Shown: positions 12,226 through 25,019 of the stretch, one piece after another
Position numbering within the stretch: position 1 is the stretch's first letter
How the letters are laid out: every line of letters begins with the position of its first letter
DNA from: Sphyrna mokarran
Taxonomy: Eukaryota
Length of the DNA stretch: 64,000 nt
NCBI GenBank assembly: GCA_024679065.1
Contig: JAGIQG010000006.1
Span: forward strand, 110,236,001-110,300,000
Direction of reading: 5' to 3'
Translations under genes and position numbers: made by a program
Notes under the pieces: generated by a model
What the model saw: only the letters and a program-made list of their open reading frames with translations
Databases searched by the model: none
What the model was told of the DNA's origin: nothing

Positions 12226-14058
12226 TGTAACTAAGTGTGTGGATTTGAAGAGACGTTGTCACCTCAAAGTGTGTTTACAGTGGAACAGTTAGTTCTGAAA
12301 ACACAGTTATAATGTTGCCACATTGGTCACCACAGAAGGCTTGCTCGACCTACTATTGTGAAAACTTGTGGTGCTTTGCTTATTTAAAAATTTACGCAAA
12401 TTTTCAAAAATTTAGCAGCACACCCAGCTTTGGATGCAATGGCGTTATCAACTGAGTTTATGTGTTGCCTTCTATTTGCTAACTGAGTACAATAATTTAA
12501 AGACAAAGCAAAGCTCTTTAAGTTTAGACATTACAGTAAAAACAAATATCAACTTATCAAGAAAAGTTCCAGACTTGAAGATGCTCACATGAGAAAAGCT
12601 AAAGCATAGCGAAACGATTACACTTTAAATTCACAGTCGAAGTCTGATGGACTTCTGCCTTGTTAAAATTGTTGGGCAGCATATCCCACGTGATGGCGAT
12701 ATGATTTGATCCATGCTGAACGGGGATGTTTCAAAGGAGGTTATGATGAAAATTGGAAGGGGAGACAGTCACAGCTGCATGGTCCCTATCAACTCCTCCT
12801 GGTCTGTTATGGGGGCCACTGGTGACTGACTGGCAGCTGATGGTCCATCTGCCCACTTGGCTACAAAGCCATTAAGCAGGCAGGCTAAAAAGGGAGATAA
12901 TATACAAATGGAATAAATTTAACAAAAGATAGTTTTAAAGGGGGCTTGTTATCACTGGAAAGTAATTGGCAAAGCATCTTGGTGTTGAAATAAAACAGAA
13001 AATATTGTAAATGCACTGTTCCATTAATATCGAAAACAAGGAAAGGCAGGGTGAGATCATTCCTTCCTAGTACGACCAGAAATGTGACACAAAATATAAT
13101 GGTATTGTTACCTTCACGAAGCATTTTCCCACAAATACCACATAGTAGATAAAAATAAAGGATGATTTAAATTAAAAAAAAAACTTTTATTAAGAGTTTA
13201 CTTTGCAGCCCCATCCTTTGCAACCTGGCCACAGTGGTGCTGGCTCCAAAACAGAACTATGAAAACACGATTTTATCATTCTCAAGAGAAGCTGTCACTT
13301 TAAGAGGGTTGTGGAGGAGGGTGCAGTTCTCTTTAGATACTATGAGGCTGGAGTATGATAGATTCAATGAAATGGAACTTAACACAGAGGAGTTCAGTTT
13401 GTAAAAAAGTACAGATGCTTTCATCCCCCTCACTGTACACATTCAAGATAAAGCCTTGAATCTGGAAGAGCATTAATCACCATTTTTCTTGTAGGGAGGA
13501 AAGAATTCAGATCTGTTATCCTGTAGACACTGAAGGCACCATTTTCTTTGCAACATTGAAAGAATTCAGGCCTCTCTGGTTAATGTCAAAATCCATTTCC
13601 TGACTATGACAATATCTATGTTCTTCTATCCATTGAAATAATGTGTTAGATATGGGCAGTATGAATAGTTCAGCAAGTTTTATGTTAAATTTAAACCATT
13701 ACTAAGACTGGGATTTTGAGAAATTCTCTTCCACTTAACTCTCTTCCAATTTTCAAGGGTAAAAATTGTTTTCTGATTATGCTCACATTTCTTTCCTATT
13801 GATTGAAGTTCCTGACCAGCACAATAGACTGCAGTAAAGGTAGTTTTTCCCCTTCTAGCTTTGTATAAGTATGTCACAAGAACTACATTGCCTTGAATGA
13901 TTTTAAGGGTTTCATATTTGAGTGGTCTGGATTGTTCACTTTAGAACAGGATTTTGGTGGGACATTATTGGCCATCTATTCATATTTACCTTTGACTGTC
14001 GTATTTTTATGATGATATAAAGGAATCAATCATTCATAAGGGACTGAGTAAACATATT

Positions 14059-16700
14059 GGGCAGAATTTTCTCAATAAGTTCCTAAGGGCATTATCTTAT
14101 GACCTCGTCCTTCCCATCAATGAGGTGAGATGAGGTGGTAAGACTGCATGCAATGCAATATTTCAGAAATACACCCAATTTCATGTTGGTTCTGATCTTA
14201 CCAACTGTGAACAGCTTTGCACTCAAAATATGCAAGACTTCAGTTTGCATGCACAAGAGAGCATTTCAATATAACTAGTGAGTGTGGCACGCAATCATCC
14301 CAATCCTCGTGTATGTTAACCATCTCGTCATCAGACATCACACTGGTGAGGATTACAGCTGCTCTATACAAGCATGATAAAAGTGTATCAGTGATGAAGG
14401 CGAGCCAGGAGGAGATTATCACTGAGCACCAACCTCTAAGGAGCGAGGGTGGGCAGGTAGTGTTCTCAGTGTGGTCATGGTGTGTGGTGGGGTGGTAGGT
14501 TTCATGGTGATTTGGGGAGGCTTGTGCCAAGGGTTCCATCGGTCAGGAGTCACTGTTGGCTTGGGGCTCACGATGCGCACGTCCCCCCCCCCATCCCGAG
14601 AGGTTGCATATTGGGTTGATTCCCCCCTCCCCCCCCACTCCACTGATGTTGCCATGGTTACCCAGTCATCTGGCTGCCTGCAGATATCCCATCCTAGGCC
14701 CAACTAACAGAAACAAGCACCAAGTCTGACTGCCGCTGGTCCAATCAAGGGAGCTCAGCAGGCATTAACATGGCTCCTCACATTGCATGGACTCTGCAGT
14801 GCTGCCTTTGATGGGAACCTATCTCATATTAATCATAAAGGTGTTTCTCCACCATCTATCTGAACTGCAAGATGTTCCTGGAAGCCACTGCACCAGATAT
14901 CCAGGTAGGGGCACCCATGCCTATGCTTCAAGAGTTCCAGATGAGGATCTCACACAGCCACTTAATGCTCTCCGTGCCCCCATGGTGACGGTGCAGTGAC
15001 AATCCATTGAAGTGGTGCATGGCTGGGTTGCCACCATCCACACTCATGCCGACATGGGTTGCTGGGAGGAGTGCAATTCCTGGGATGAATAACCTTATGA
15101 CTGCTCCTCCCTCTACACCCCCACCCTGTCATGCAGAGCAAAGATGGATTTTGGCATGAAGCCAATTGACTTGGTGGTCATTCTTGTGCCTGTGGAGGAG
15201 GAGGAGGAGGAAGGAGAGATCCACGTACAGTAAGGCCAGCTCATGTCAAAGGCTGCAGCAGGAGGGCAGGAAGCCACAGTTCGGGAGCAGAAGGCAGGCA
15301 TTCATTGGCCCAACAGGGCGCCGATGAGACAGTCCTAGCAGTTCAGGACATGCATGTCCTTCGAAGAGCTGACAGATAGTTTGTGCTGCCACAGGCTCTA
15401 ACTCATCAAGGAGAAGGTATGGCACCTATGTCAGGTCCTCAAAAAAAAAAATGACACCTCGAGGGATAGAGGGACACCCATTCCTGTGATGATGGAGATC
15501 ATGGTGGCCCTCAACTTTTATGCAACCATGTCCATCCAGGCAAGAACTTGGTGGGATCTCCCAGTCCTTGGTCCACAAGTGTGTACCAAGGTGACTGATG
15601 TCATATTCACCCAGGCAGGCCAGTACATTAATTTTGATGTGGTCCAGACCCAGCAGGAAGTCCAGGCTGCAGGCTTTGCCACCATCACCAGCATGCTGAA
15701 CATATAGGGAAATATTGATTGCATTCATGTTGCTCTGCAATCGCCAAAACTTCATAAACAGGAAACTCCCTGAACGTGCAGGTTGTGTGAGACCACAAGA
15801 TGAACATTGCGCACTTGTGTACATTAAACCCAGGGAATGTACACGATAGCTTCATCCTGCGGAGCTCTGACATCTCCAGGGTCTTTGAGGATCAGCCTGG
15901 GTGGCTACTGGGGAACAAAAGCTATCTTCTAAGGACTTGACTGGTAGTGTGGAGGCCAGGGACTGATGCGGAGACCCGTTATAATGAGGCCCACACTGCC
16001 ACCCGATCCATCATTGAGCAGTGCATCAGGTTCCTGAAGATGTGGTTCAGGCGATGCCCTCTAGCACAGCACCCTGAGGGTCTCCTGTATCATGGCGGTC
16101 TGCTGTGTGCTCTGCAATTTGGTGCAAGAGCAGGAAGACATCCTGGAAGAAGAGGAGGAGGAGAGCAATCAGGCAAACATCCCTGGGGAGAAGGATTTTG
16201 AGGAGGAGCTGAGGGATGGGGGACACATTTTGGCGAGGGTTTAACAGGACAGAGCAGCAAAGGAGGCCCTCATTGCCACAAGGTTCACAAACTAGGGAGC
16301 ATACAATTCACCATCTCCTACCCCAATCCCTGGAGCCTACATGCTCACTTCCAAACTTTGACCACCCCACCTTACCACCACCCCCCAAAACCAGGGTGAT
16401 GAGTTTGGGGGTTGACCATGTTCTTGATTTACTACGCCAGGCAGGAGGGTGATGACAACTTGCTATGCAGTATGCAATGATGCACCAATTCCTACTTATT
16501 TTCTCTGACCCCACACCAGTGCCTGAGCCCATCTCTGAGTAAGGTTGGGAACTCAACCCTTCCTGACTGTAGACTGATTTTGCTGACAAAACAGGGCTGG
16601 CAAGTTTATGAGATGTGAGAATTTGGGCGCAAACCCAATGTTTTGCCTCTTGCCCTATCTTACTAGCTCACCATGCCGATTCCATTTGTGGCAAGCCGGT
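14059..16700 (+). mobile_element. PIF/Harbinger DNA transposon relic
   Basis: Left TIR gggcagaattttc and a decayed DDE transposase inside. Right boundary uncertain. Confidence 0.75.
15330..16140 (+). pseudogene. Harbinger (HARBI1-like) DDE transposase pseudogene
   Basis: Frameshifted peptides VALNFYAT, GNIDCIHVAL, SLNVQVV.DH, PGNVHDSFILRSS, WLLGNKSY and ETRYNEAHTATRSIIEQCIRFLKMWFR follow the motif order of the HARBI1 family. Confidence 0.9.
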
Positions 16701-17054
16701 AATATTGCACTCTGGACTTACTTTTGGGGATTAGGACATTTTGCAGTTATATCACCACTTCCCACTTGGATTCCTCACTTCAACAGGACATCTGCCAGGA
16801 TACCAAAGATTTGTGAGAAAACTTCAAAAGGCAGAGGTAACCCAAAGACAGGAAATAGATTTCCATTGAAGGCCTCAGCCAAGCGAATGAAACTATCTGA
16901 AAAGAGAAGATTCTTCACTCCACTCAAGTATTGACTACTCTTCATTATCAGAAATAAATCTAATTACCTCTTAATCCTTCCTTTGTTACCATTTTCATGA
17001 TGTTTCTATAGTTTATTCCAAATTTTATTCCTCGGGTGAAAAAAGTTCCCTTCA

Positions 17055-17890
17055 TTTGATTTGATTTGATTTATTATTGTCACATGTATTGGTATATAGT
17101 GAAAAGTATTATTTCTTGTATCCTATACAGACAAAGCATACCACACACAGGGAAAGAAAATAGAGGGTGCAGAATGTAGTGTTACAGTCATAGCTAGAGT
17201 GTAGAGAAAGAACAACTTAATATGAGATAAGTCCATTCAAAAATCTGATAGCAGCAGGGAAGAAGTTTTCTTGAGTTGGTTGATATGCGACTTTAGATTT
17301 TTGTACTTTTTTTCCTGACAGAAGAAAGTGGAAGAGATTATGTCTGGAGTGTGTGGGGTCCATGATTATGCCAGCTACTTTTCTGAGGCAGCGGAAAGTG
17401 TAGACAGAGTCAATGGATGAGAGGATGGTTTGCGTGATGGATTGGGCTTCATTTACACCCTTGGTAATTTTTTGCGGTCTTGAACAGAGCTGGAGACATA
17501 CCACGCTGTGATACAACTAGAAAGAATGATTTCTGTGGCACATCTGTAAAAGTTGATGACAGTAGTAGTGGAAATGCCAAATTTCCCTTAGCCTCTTGAG
17601 AAAGTGAAGGCACTTTCCTAACTATAGTATCAGCGTGGAGCAACCCGGATAGGTTGTTAGTGATCTGGACACCTAGAAACTCAATCATTTCCATTTGTCC
17701 CAATTGATATACACAGAGGCGTGTCGTCCGCTCCACTTCCTGAAGTCAATGACTGTCTCCTTCGTGATATTGACCTTGAGGGAAAGATTATTGACATTGC
17801 ACCAGTTCACCAGATTCTCTATCTCATTGCTGTACTCTGTTTCATCTTTCTTTGAGATCCGACCCATGACAGTGGTGTCATCAGCAAAAT
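17055..17890 (-). mobile_element. Rex1/Babar LINE, 5'-truncated, degenerate
   Basis: ADDTTVMGRISKKDETEYSNEIENLVNWCNVNNLSLKVNITKETVIDFRK, FLGVQITNNLS and HNLFHFLLSGKK; (TCAAA)n tail. Confidence 0.9.
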
Positions 17891-18967
17891 TATTACAGTC
17901 ATAGCTAAGGCATGAAGAAAGAATAGAGAGTTTATAAGAGTTAGAGTATTAAAAGCAAAAATTGGGAGTAAAAGATAGAATTAGATGGTATTCTGGGGAT
18001 AGCTCACAAGAAGTTGCCTCGTTCCAGCACCATCCTTTGTAACTTGATCCGCTGCTATTTGAAAATATTGACATTGTAGATAATTTCCATATCTAATCAA
18101 CTTACCAAAAATCAAAATCTTTTTTCCAAAGAAATCAATGCCATTCCCTTCAACCTTTATCTGACAGCTTTTTTATATATATATAGAATCATTATTTCTC
18201 ACCCCTTCTCTCTTAAAGGCAATAATATCCTTTGTGTTTATGTAAGTAAAACTATCAGCAGGTTCCAGATGGAACAGAGAAAGATAGCTGCCAAGTTTAA
18301 GTAATAAAGAATAAGCATCTGTGTAGAGTCTGATGTAACAAATATCTCAGTAGATTCTGGAGCTCTTAGTTAACTGTAATCAGAAATCTTGAGGCAAATG
18401 TGTGGATAATCACTCTAAAATATTTCCTTTGAATAAGTATACTCTTTTAAGGTTGTGCAATAAAGCTAAGATCAACAACTTTTGATTTATCCTGGCTTAT
18501 TGAACAAATTGGGCCAAAGGAACGCAGTGTGTGGAGGCAGAAGTTGTGGGCATGTTTCTTAATTGATGCTTTAGATTTGTCTTCATAACAGAGGGAATGA
18601 AACAGACACTAAAGTCAGGAGGAGGAGTGTGAACTATTGGATGGGATAAATATAATGAGAGAGGAAATATGATGGGGTTTATAAAATATATTCTGATTGC
18701 CATTTCTTATTTTTAAGCAGGACTTTTCATCTTGACAAAGACCATTAAAATGGCTGACCTTCTGTCTATGAGTCACCAGAAGAAAATAATATATTTCTCA
18801 GTTTCAGGAATGTCAGACCTCATTATGTATTCAAAGTGCCTTGATCTGCTACCAGACAACTTGGCCACAGTTCACCATAGCCTGACTTCAAAGGGAATTA
18901 CCAGGAGGCTATTTTCATTCAATAAACCACACTTGCTAGAGGAGTCTGTGAGTCTACAAGGAAAATT

Positions 18968-19092
18968 GAGCAGGATTTTCCAGTCGCGCCCATCCAAGAC
19001 CAGAAAATTCCCGCCTGAGTTCAACAGACTTTTAAGCAGTCTGTCTCACCCGCAATAATTCCCACAGTGAGTGGAACCAGAAAATTTACTCC
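18968..19092. mobile_element. Harbinger-type MITE
   Basis: TIRs gagcaggattttcc / agaaaatttactcc; same family as 50657. Confidence 0.7.
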
Positions 19093-19254
19093 AATCATTC
19101 CCAATCACCAGATCCTCAACAAATAGCACTCATAATGGCTGAGACATTATCAGTCTGAAAAAACATACCAATTTCCAGACACTGAATAAACATCCTTTTT
19201 GAAGACGTTGCAAGGTAAGATCACATAACCTAAGACTCTGTCTTGTTAAATAAA

Positions 19255-19392
19255 ATTGAAGGCAAATTACTGCAGATGCTGGAATCTGAAACAAAACCAG
19301 AAAATGCATGAAAATCTCAGCAGATCCGATAGCATCTCTGGAGAGAATAGAGCCAATGTTTCAAGCCTAGATGTTCCTTCATCAGAGCTGAC
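19255..19392 (-). mobile_element. Penelope-like terminal repeat (second family) with decayed minimal hammerhead motif
   Basis: Minus strand: agct-CTGATGA-aggaacatctaggctt-GAAA-catt-ggct. Homologous ends at about 41495, 43078, 44000, 53590 and 57770. Confidence 0.65.
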
Positions 19393-19696
19393 GAGACATC
19401 TGCAGCCTACTGTCAGGGAAAAAATATTTTTTGGGGGCTTCTGAGAGGGTGGGGTCTTAAATGTTGAACTGTTCAAATGGGCTCATGGGAGAACAGTGGG
19501 GTCCACTTGAAACACAGAAATATCTACTTCAGAGTGTTCAGATATCTAGCACAATAAGGATGGATCAAAGAATGCATGGGGAGGACTGAGAGGTCTTAGA
19601 GAAAGGGAAATCTGATCATTAAGCTCCTTCAGGACAATAGGAGGGTTTCCAAACTTACACAGGAAGGATCCAAGCTGGTCTGGTAATGATAACTCA

Positions 19697-19990
19697 GCAA
19701 CAGAAGGAGTCTGCACCAACCCTGTAGCAGAGCATCTTTCCCAGGCCCTATCTCATAACTCCATGTATTTACCCCACTAATCTTCTTAATGTAAACATCT
19801 TAGGACATTAAGGGGCAATTTAGCATGGCCAATCAGCTTAACCTGCATATCTTTGGACTGTGGAAAGTAACAGGAGCACCCGGAGAAAACCGGAGATACA
19901 GGGTGAAGACTCTACAAAGACAGTCACCCAAAACCGGAATCAAACTTGGGTCCTGGCGCGATGCTAACTGCTGTGCCACCATGCTGCTGG
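19697..19990 (-). mobile_element. HE1 SINE (variant A)
   Basis: Head, V-domain and CR1-type tail. Confidence 0.85.
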
Positions 19991-20554
19991 GGCATGCCTT
20001 ATTAGGCATGTGGACCACACGAGGACGATGACATTCAACCACTTGCATGCCAGTTATTAAAATACCACATCTTTAAGACATATGTTGTATTCACGTGGCC
20101 ACCCCTGACTGTTATGAACTCCAAGATTTCAGCTTCAGTGCATCCACTTTCCTATCCCATTGCTACCCTCCACATTGTCTATAGCTATGATGTGTGCTTC
20201 CTGAGTATGCCCAAAAGGCTCTATTGACCATCTATTACCACCATTTGCAATTGGCAGAGTATTTGGGTGACGGTCATGTGCTGCTTCCCAACAATGTGAT
20301 GACAGCCTTGTGGCCATGATTCAGACAATTACAGGTCTGGTTGTAGGTTTGAGCACAAGGACAATAATGTGGCTGAGAGGAGCAAAATTTCAGCATCTTG
20401 AGGTGGCAACATACTCCAACTTACGTGCACCATTCAATCAAATGAAGTATAATGTGGAGATCACAAAAGACAAACGGACACATTCAGATACTGATAAGTG
20501 TAGAACAACAAATCCCTTAAGGAAGTAGAACAGAAGGCTTAGGGTAGATTATAA

Positions 20555-21058
20555 CAGAATCGTATGAAACATTAGTTGTATCACCATTAGGTAATGCATT
20601 CACTAGTCACATTCTGAAGGTCTTAAATAAAATGGATAGAAAGGAAACATTCCCCTTTGCAGAGCTTCTATAAGCAACGGATAAAGATGCAGTGGGGCAA
20701 ATTTTCCTGTCCCGTCTGCCATGGGAAGCATAGTGGACAAGGAGCAGATCATGGAAAAGTCCATTGATATCAGGCAGAATTTTCTGGTTTCGGGGCAAAC
20801 ATGACTGGAAAATCTCACCCATAAAGATTATATAAAGACAAAGGAGGTTTGGAAGGGAGCTAAGGATTTGGAACTCACTATCTGAAAAGGTTGTGGGGCA
20901 GCAACCCCATTCCACTTCAAAAATACAATGGATATGTATCTGAATTGCTGTAACATACAAGCCAATAGCTGGAAGGTGGGATTATGCTGGATAGCTATTT
21001 TTCAGCTGGCATGGGTATCGAAGACGTCCTTTTTTGCTGTAAAAGTTTTCTGATTCTA
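20555..21058 (+). mobile_element. Degenerate CR1 3' end, interrupted by a MITE at 20695-20820
   Basis: CR1 C-terminal and 3' UTR-like sequence ending 'ttttctgattctat'. MITE TIRs gggcaaattttcc / ggaaaatctcaccc. Confidence 0.7.
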
Positions 21059-21100
21059 TCTTTTCTTTTTCCATTGTTAATATCCAACTAGAGTCTAGTA

Positions 21101-21412
21101 GGGTGGCATGGTGGCACAGTGGCTAACACATCAGCCTCACAGTGCCAGAAACCCAACTTCAATTCTGGCTTCGGGTCACTGTCTGTGTGGAGTTTGAACA
21201 TTCTTCCCGTGTCTGCGTGAGTTTCCTCTGGGTTCTCCAGTTTCTTCCCACAGTCCGAAAGATGTGTTGGTTAGGTGTATTGGCCTTGCTAAATTCTCCC
21301 TCAGTGTACCCAAACGGCTGCTGGTGTGTGGCAACTAGGGGATTTTCACAGTACTGCATCGCAGGGTTAATATAAACCTACTTGCGACGCTTATAAATAA
21401 ACTTTAAACTTT
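21101..21412 (+). mobile_element. HE1-like V-SINE, tail variant B
   Basis: Full head and V-domain; tail 'ggattttcacagta...cctacttgcgacgcttataaataaacttt'. Confidence 0.9.
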
Positions 21413-22365
21413 AGCAACCTTACAGGATCAGGAGGGAATCCTTTCATTAAAATATAATATCCATGGTTTCAACCATCGCTTGGGATTGTGCAAAAACTCT
21501 ATTTAGTGAGTACAACAGTTTTCTAGATCTTTAGGTCTTGATACATATTGGTAAAAGTCTTGGCCTTCAGAGAAAGCACTTGGATGTAATATCATGTTTC
21601 ATCCAGCATTTGGTAATTATATCGCATATGAAACATTGAGGACTATTACCTACTCCTTTAGGCCACTATACAATTTTTAGCTGCTGTATAAAATCAACAA
21701 CTGAATGGAATATAAAGTCACATTCACCATTTCAATGTGAAATTATATTCAGTGAAATGATGCAATTAAATGCTTGATCAATGACTCTAACACATGCTGA
21801 ATAGTAATTAATATTTCCGTTGTATGGAATATCCGGAAACTTCTTTAACAAACTTAAGAATTCAGATTTCATGAGTCATTAAAGGCTATAATTTATCAGT
21901 CTTGATATTTTAAGAAAGATTTGGCTGCCAGAAGTGCATTTCGTTCCTTAACTGTTTTCACAATCTTATAAAATGATAAATGTGGCTATAAATTCAATCC
22001 AATCGCAACGGAATCAGATCAGGCAATCTGTGAAAATACATTTCTTCACACAAGAGCTCTGTTTGTGCTAAGACTTTTCAAATGGTTAAAATCATCCATG
22101 AAAACGCAGAAAAAACAAACACAGAGACCAGAATCTCAGGGGAATTTAACCCGGACAGCATAAGCCCATGTGTGATGTGTATAAACCATATCACTAGGCA
22201 ATGCTGTCACTTTGAGTTGAGCCATATTAAAGATCAGAGTGTTGTAGAGATTCTCTGATGGAAAATATCTTTATATGGCTTTTGCAATATTTCAGAACTT
22301 GCAGGAATGACTGTTAATTAGCCTCTGTAGCCTGTTACTGAGGCTACAGGGAACACTTAAATGTT

Positions 22366-22887
22366 TCATAGAATAATAAAATCCCTACAGTGCAGAAGAG
22401 GCCACTTAGCCCATCAAGCCTGCACTGACTGTCCACAGACTATTTTATTCAGATCCTTTCCGCCACCCTATCCCAGTAATCTAACACATTTACCATGGCT
22501 AATCCGTCTAACTATATATCTTGGGACATTAAGGGGCAATTTAGCGTGGTCATCCATCAAACTTCCACATCTTTGGACTATGGGGGGGGAAGCCAGATTA
22601 CCTGGAAGGAGCTAACGCAGACAGGGAGAGAATGTACAAAATGCAGTGGGGCAAATTTTCCTGTCCTGTCCGCCATAGGAATCATAGTGGATAAAGAGCA
22701 AATCATGGATAAGTCCATTGATACCAAGCAGAATTTTCCGGTTTCGGGGCAAGCATGACTGGAAAATCTCACCCATAAAGATAATATAAAGATAAAAAAG
22801 ATTTGGAAGGGAGCTCAAGGCCAGATTGAACCTGAATTATTGGAGCTGTGTGGTAGCAGTACTAACCACTGTGCCACCATGCTGCCC
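22366..22887 (-). mobile_element. HE1 SINE (variant A) carrying a 175-bp foreign insert at 22641-22815
   Basis: SINE sequence lies on both sides of the insert, which copies 20687-20861. Confidence 0.9.
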
Positions 22888-23144
22888 ATGTCTAGAAATT
22901 CTGCAAATTATCCAAGCCAAGTATCTGTTGGTCTATTAGCTTTAGAGAATCAATGCATTAAGCATTTTTTTTAAATTCAGTCACATAACACAGTTGAATT
23001 GCTACTATGTTGCTTGTGGAAATGCATAGAAACATTGATATTCTTTATGATCTGTGCCCAATAACTTACCTTACATTTTACAACAGAATATTTTCCACTC
23101 GTAATTGATTTGTCCTTTGTTCATTTTACAACTTGGAAACAATG

Positions 23145-24080
23145 TTTGCTGGCAAATTGTCTTGAAAATCAATTGTTTTCCAGGCTCCCCAGCATTAAAC
23201 GTGGAGATACCCCAAAAATGCGCTGGGAAATCCCTCCAAGAGTTTCCCAGATAAGCATTGTATGTTAATTCTTCCAGAAGTCCTAGTTTCCCCTCAACAG
23301 TTCAGCCGAGAATCATCTAGAAATGTGATTTAACTTTGGATAGTTCTGCTAGGGTTACACAATAGTTACTCTGAAAAAGTTAAAATTAAGACCTCTTGTA
23401 ACTTTTGGGTAACTACTTTAAACTAATCCCAGCATGGGACTCAGCCCATAACCCCGACACATCAGGGGACTTCCCCAACCCCCTGATTAACCCTCTCACT
23501 TTACCATGTTTCCCAACTCCTAACATGGGATTTCCCCCCCCCCCAACCACTCACCCACACAGCACTACCCACCCCAGTCTGACTCTCAACCTTGATCCAA
23601 CACAACCTGATCCCCAAAACCTGGCTGGAAGCCATCCCATCCCATGTCATTCCCCATTCCCATGTCCCAACCCAGCTGGACCACTCACCCTCGATCCAAC
23701 CGCCATCTCCCATTTCCAGATCTTCATGCACCCTATCCGGTGTCCTATCCTCCTCACCCTCCCGATGCCGCCTCAATATCTAACTTTCAACTTCTCCCCT
23801 CAATGTCAACTCTTCAACCACACCCCCCCACCCCTAATACAGCACCCCCAAATCCTATCCATTTACCTTAGACACTTACCATCTCCTTGACCTGTAATTT
23901 TTAATCCGACATTTAAATTAACCTGCTCTCTCAGACTTTGATGCTGGAAATTGCAGATAATTGCACGGGCTGCACCTTGCCTGACCTTAATTGGGAGGTC
24001 AGGCAAAACAGGCATGGAAGAAATTTCTGTATAGTGTGGCAATCCGATGCTGATTGATAATCCAAGGAAATTACAGCCCA
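23145..24080. mobile_element. Non-autonomous TIR element (Harbinger-like) with C-rich core
   Basis: Right end 'tgattgataatccaaggaaattacagccc' is roughly inverted to left 'gctggcaaattgtcttgaaaatcaat'. Confidence 0.5.
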
Positions 24081-25019
24081 ATAAGGCAAATTCACATTAT
24101 GATCCTGAGTGAATAATGGACACGTTTGATGAAGCAGTAGTTTGCTGCATTTGTTGCAACATCTATACTAAAACTGCAACTCTCCTTTCATGATAAACCA
24201 AGAGACTGAAAATGTGTTGCATCTGAAAACTTATTTGATATCCTGGGGCAGATTCCACATGCTAATCATTTGTTGCAGAAAGATACTTTTCCTAAGGTTG
24301 CTCACCTCGAATTCATCCACATTAAACTGAAGTGTTAAAGAAGGGGTTTTGAGATTGCCTATGCAAGTAAGTGTAAGTGGCAAAGTTCACTATACACGTT
24401 ATATGATTTGCATCCTTTTAATCACAATACATTCTAAAATGGTAATTGTGCAGCTGTTATTTTAAATGATGAACAATGTGCTGTTTGTCAGTGTGTGAAA
24501 AAGAGAGCATGGTCTTGCCCGGTTACGTCAACTCATTGAATTTCTTGCAGCATTGCTCATTGCTAGTGCACCTCTCTTCTCATGGCCTAAGATTCTTTAT
24601 TTGAAGATCCCATTGATGAAAAGCTAACTTTTTGTCATGCCTCTGTTCCGTTCACTTCAAGGAATGTTTGGATGTCTTGATCACAGAAATTCTGAGCTCA
24701 TTTTCTATACAACTTTTTAAATGTACAGTCACTAAATCAGACTTGTGTCAATTTTTTTCCATTGACATGTTTCAGAATAGCAAGAAGCTTGGAAGCATAA
24801 CTGTTATATCAAATTTGAAATGGAGAACTTTGGATATCATACTTGTGATATGCATTGATACATTTTTGCAGTCAGTCTTCTTCATATATGTACCCAAATA
24901 GGAAATAGTTGACCAGTATTAAGGATTGGACCAGAAATTCCAATGTACATTATGCAGTTTGCCTAAACCCCAAATTTTGCACTTGGTTTTGGCATTAGGG
25001 TGAGTATAAGGCGTTTCTC

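Noticed and set aside
13190-13640. Possible exon or L1/Tx1 3' end
   Set aside because: No convincing open frame or motif; too decayed to call.
15330-16140. Domesticated HARBI1 gene
   Set aside because: It has multiple stops and frameshifts and lies inside a TIR-bearing transposon relic.
22325-22349. 9-bp hairpin ctgtagcct/aggctacag, and AT palindromes near 51300
   Set aside because: Short enough to be expected by chance, with no supporting context.
23405-23890. Proline-rich 161-aa ORF
   Set aside because: It is the low-complexity C-rich core of a non-autonomous element.
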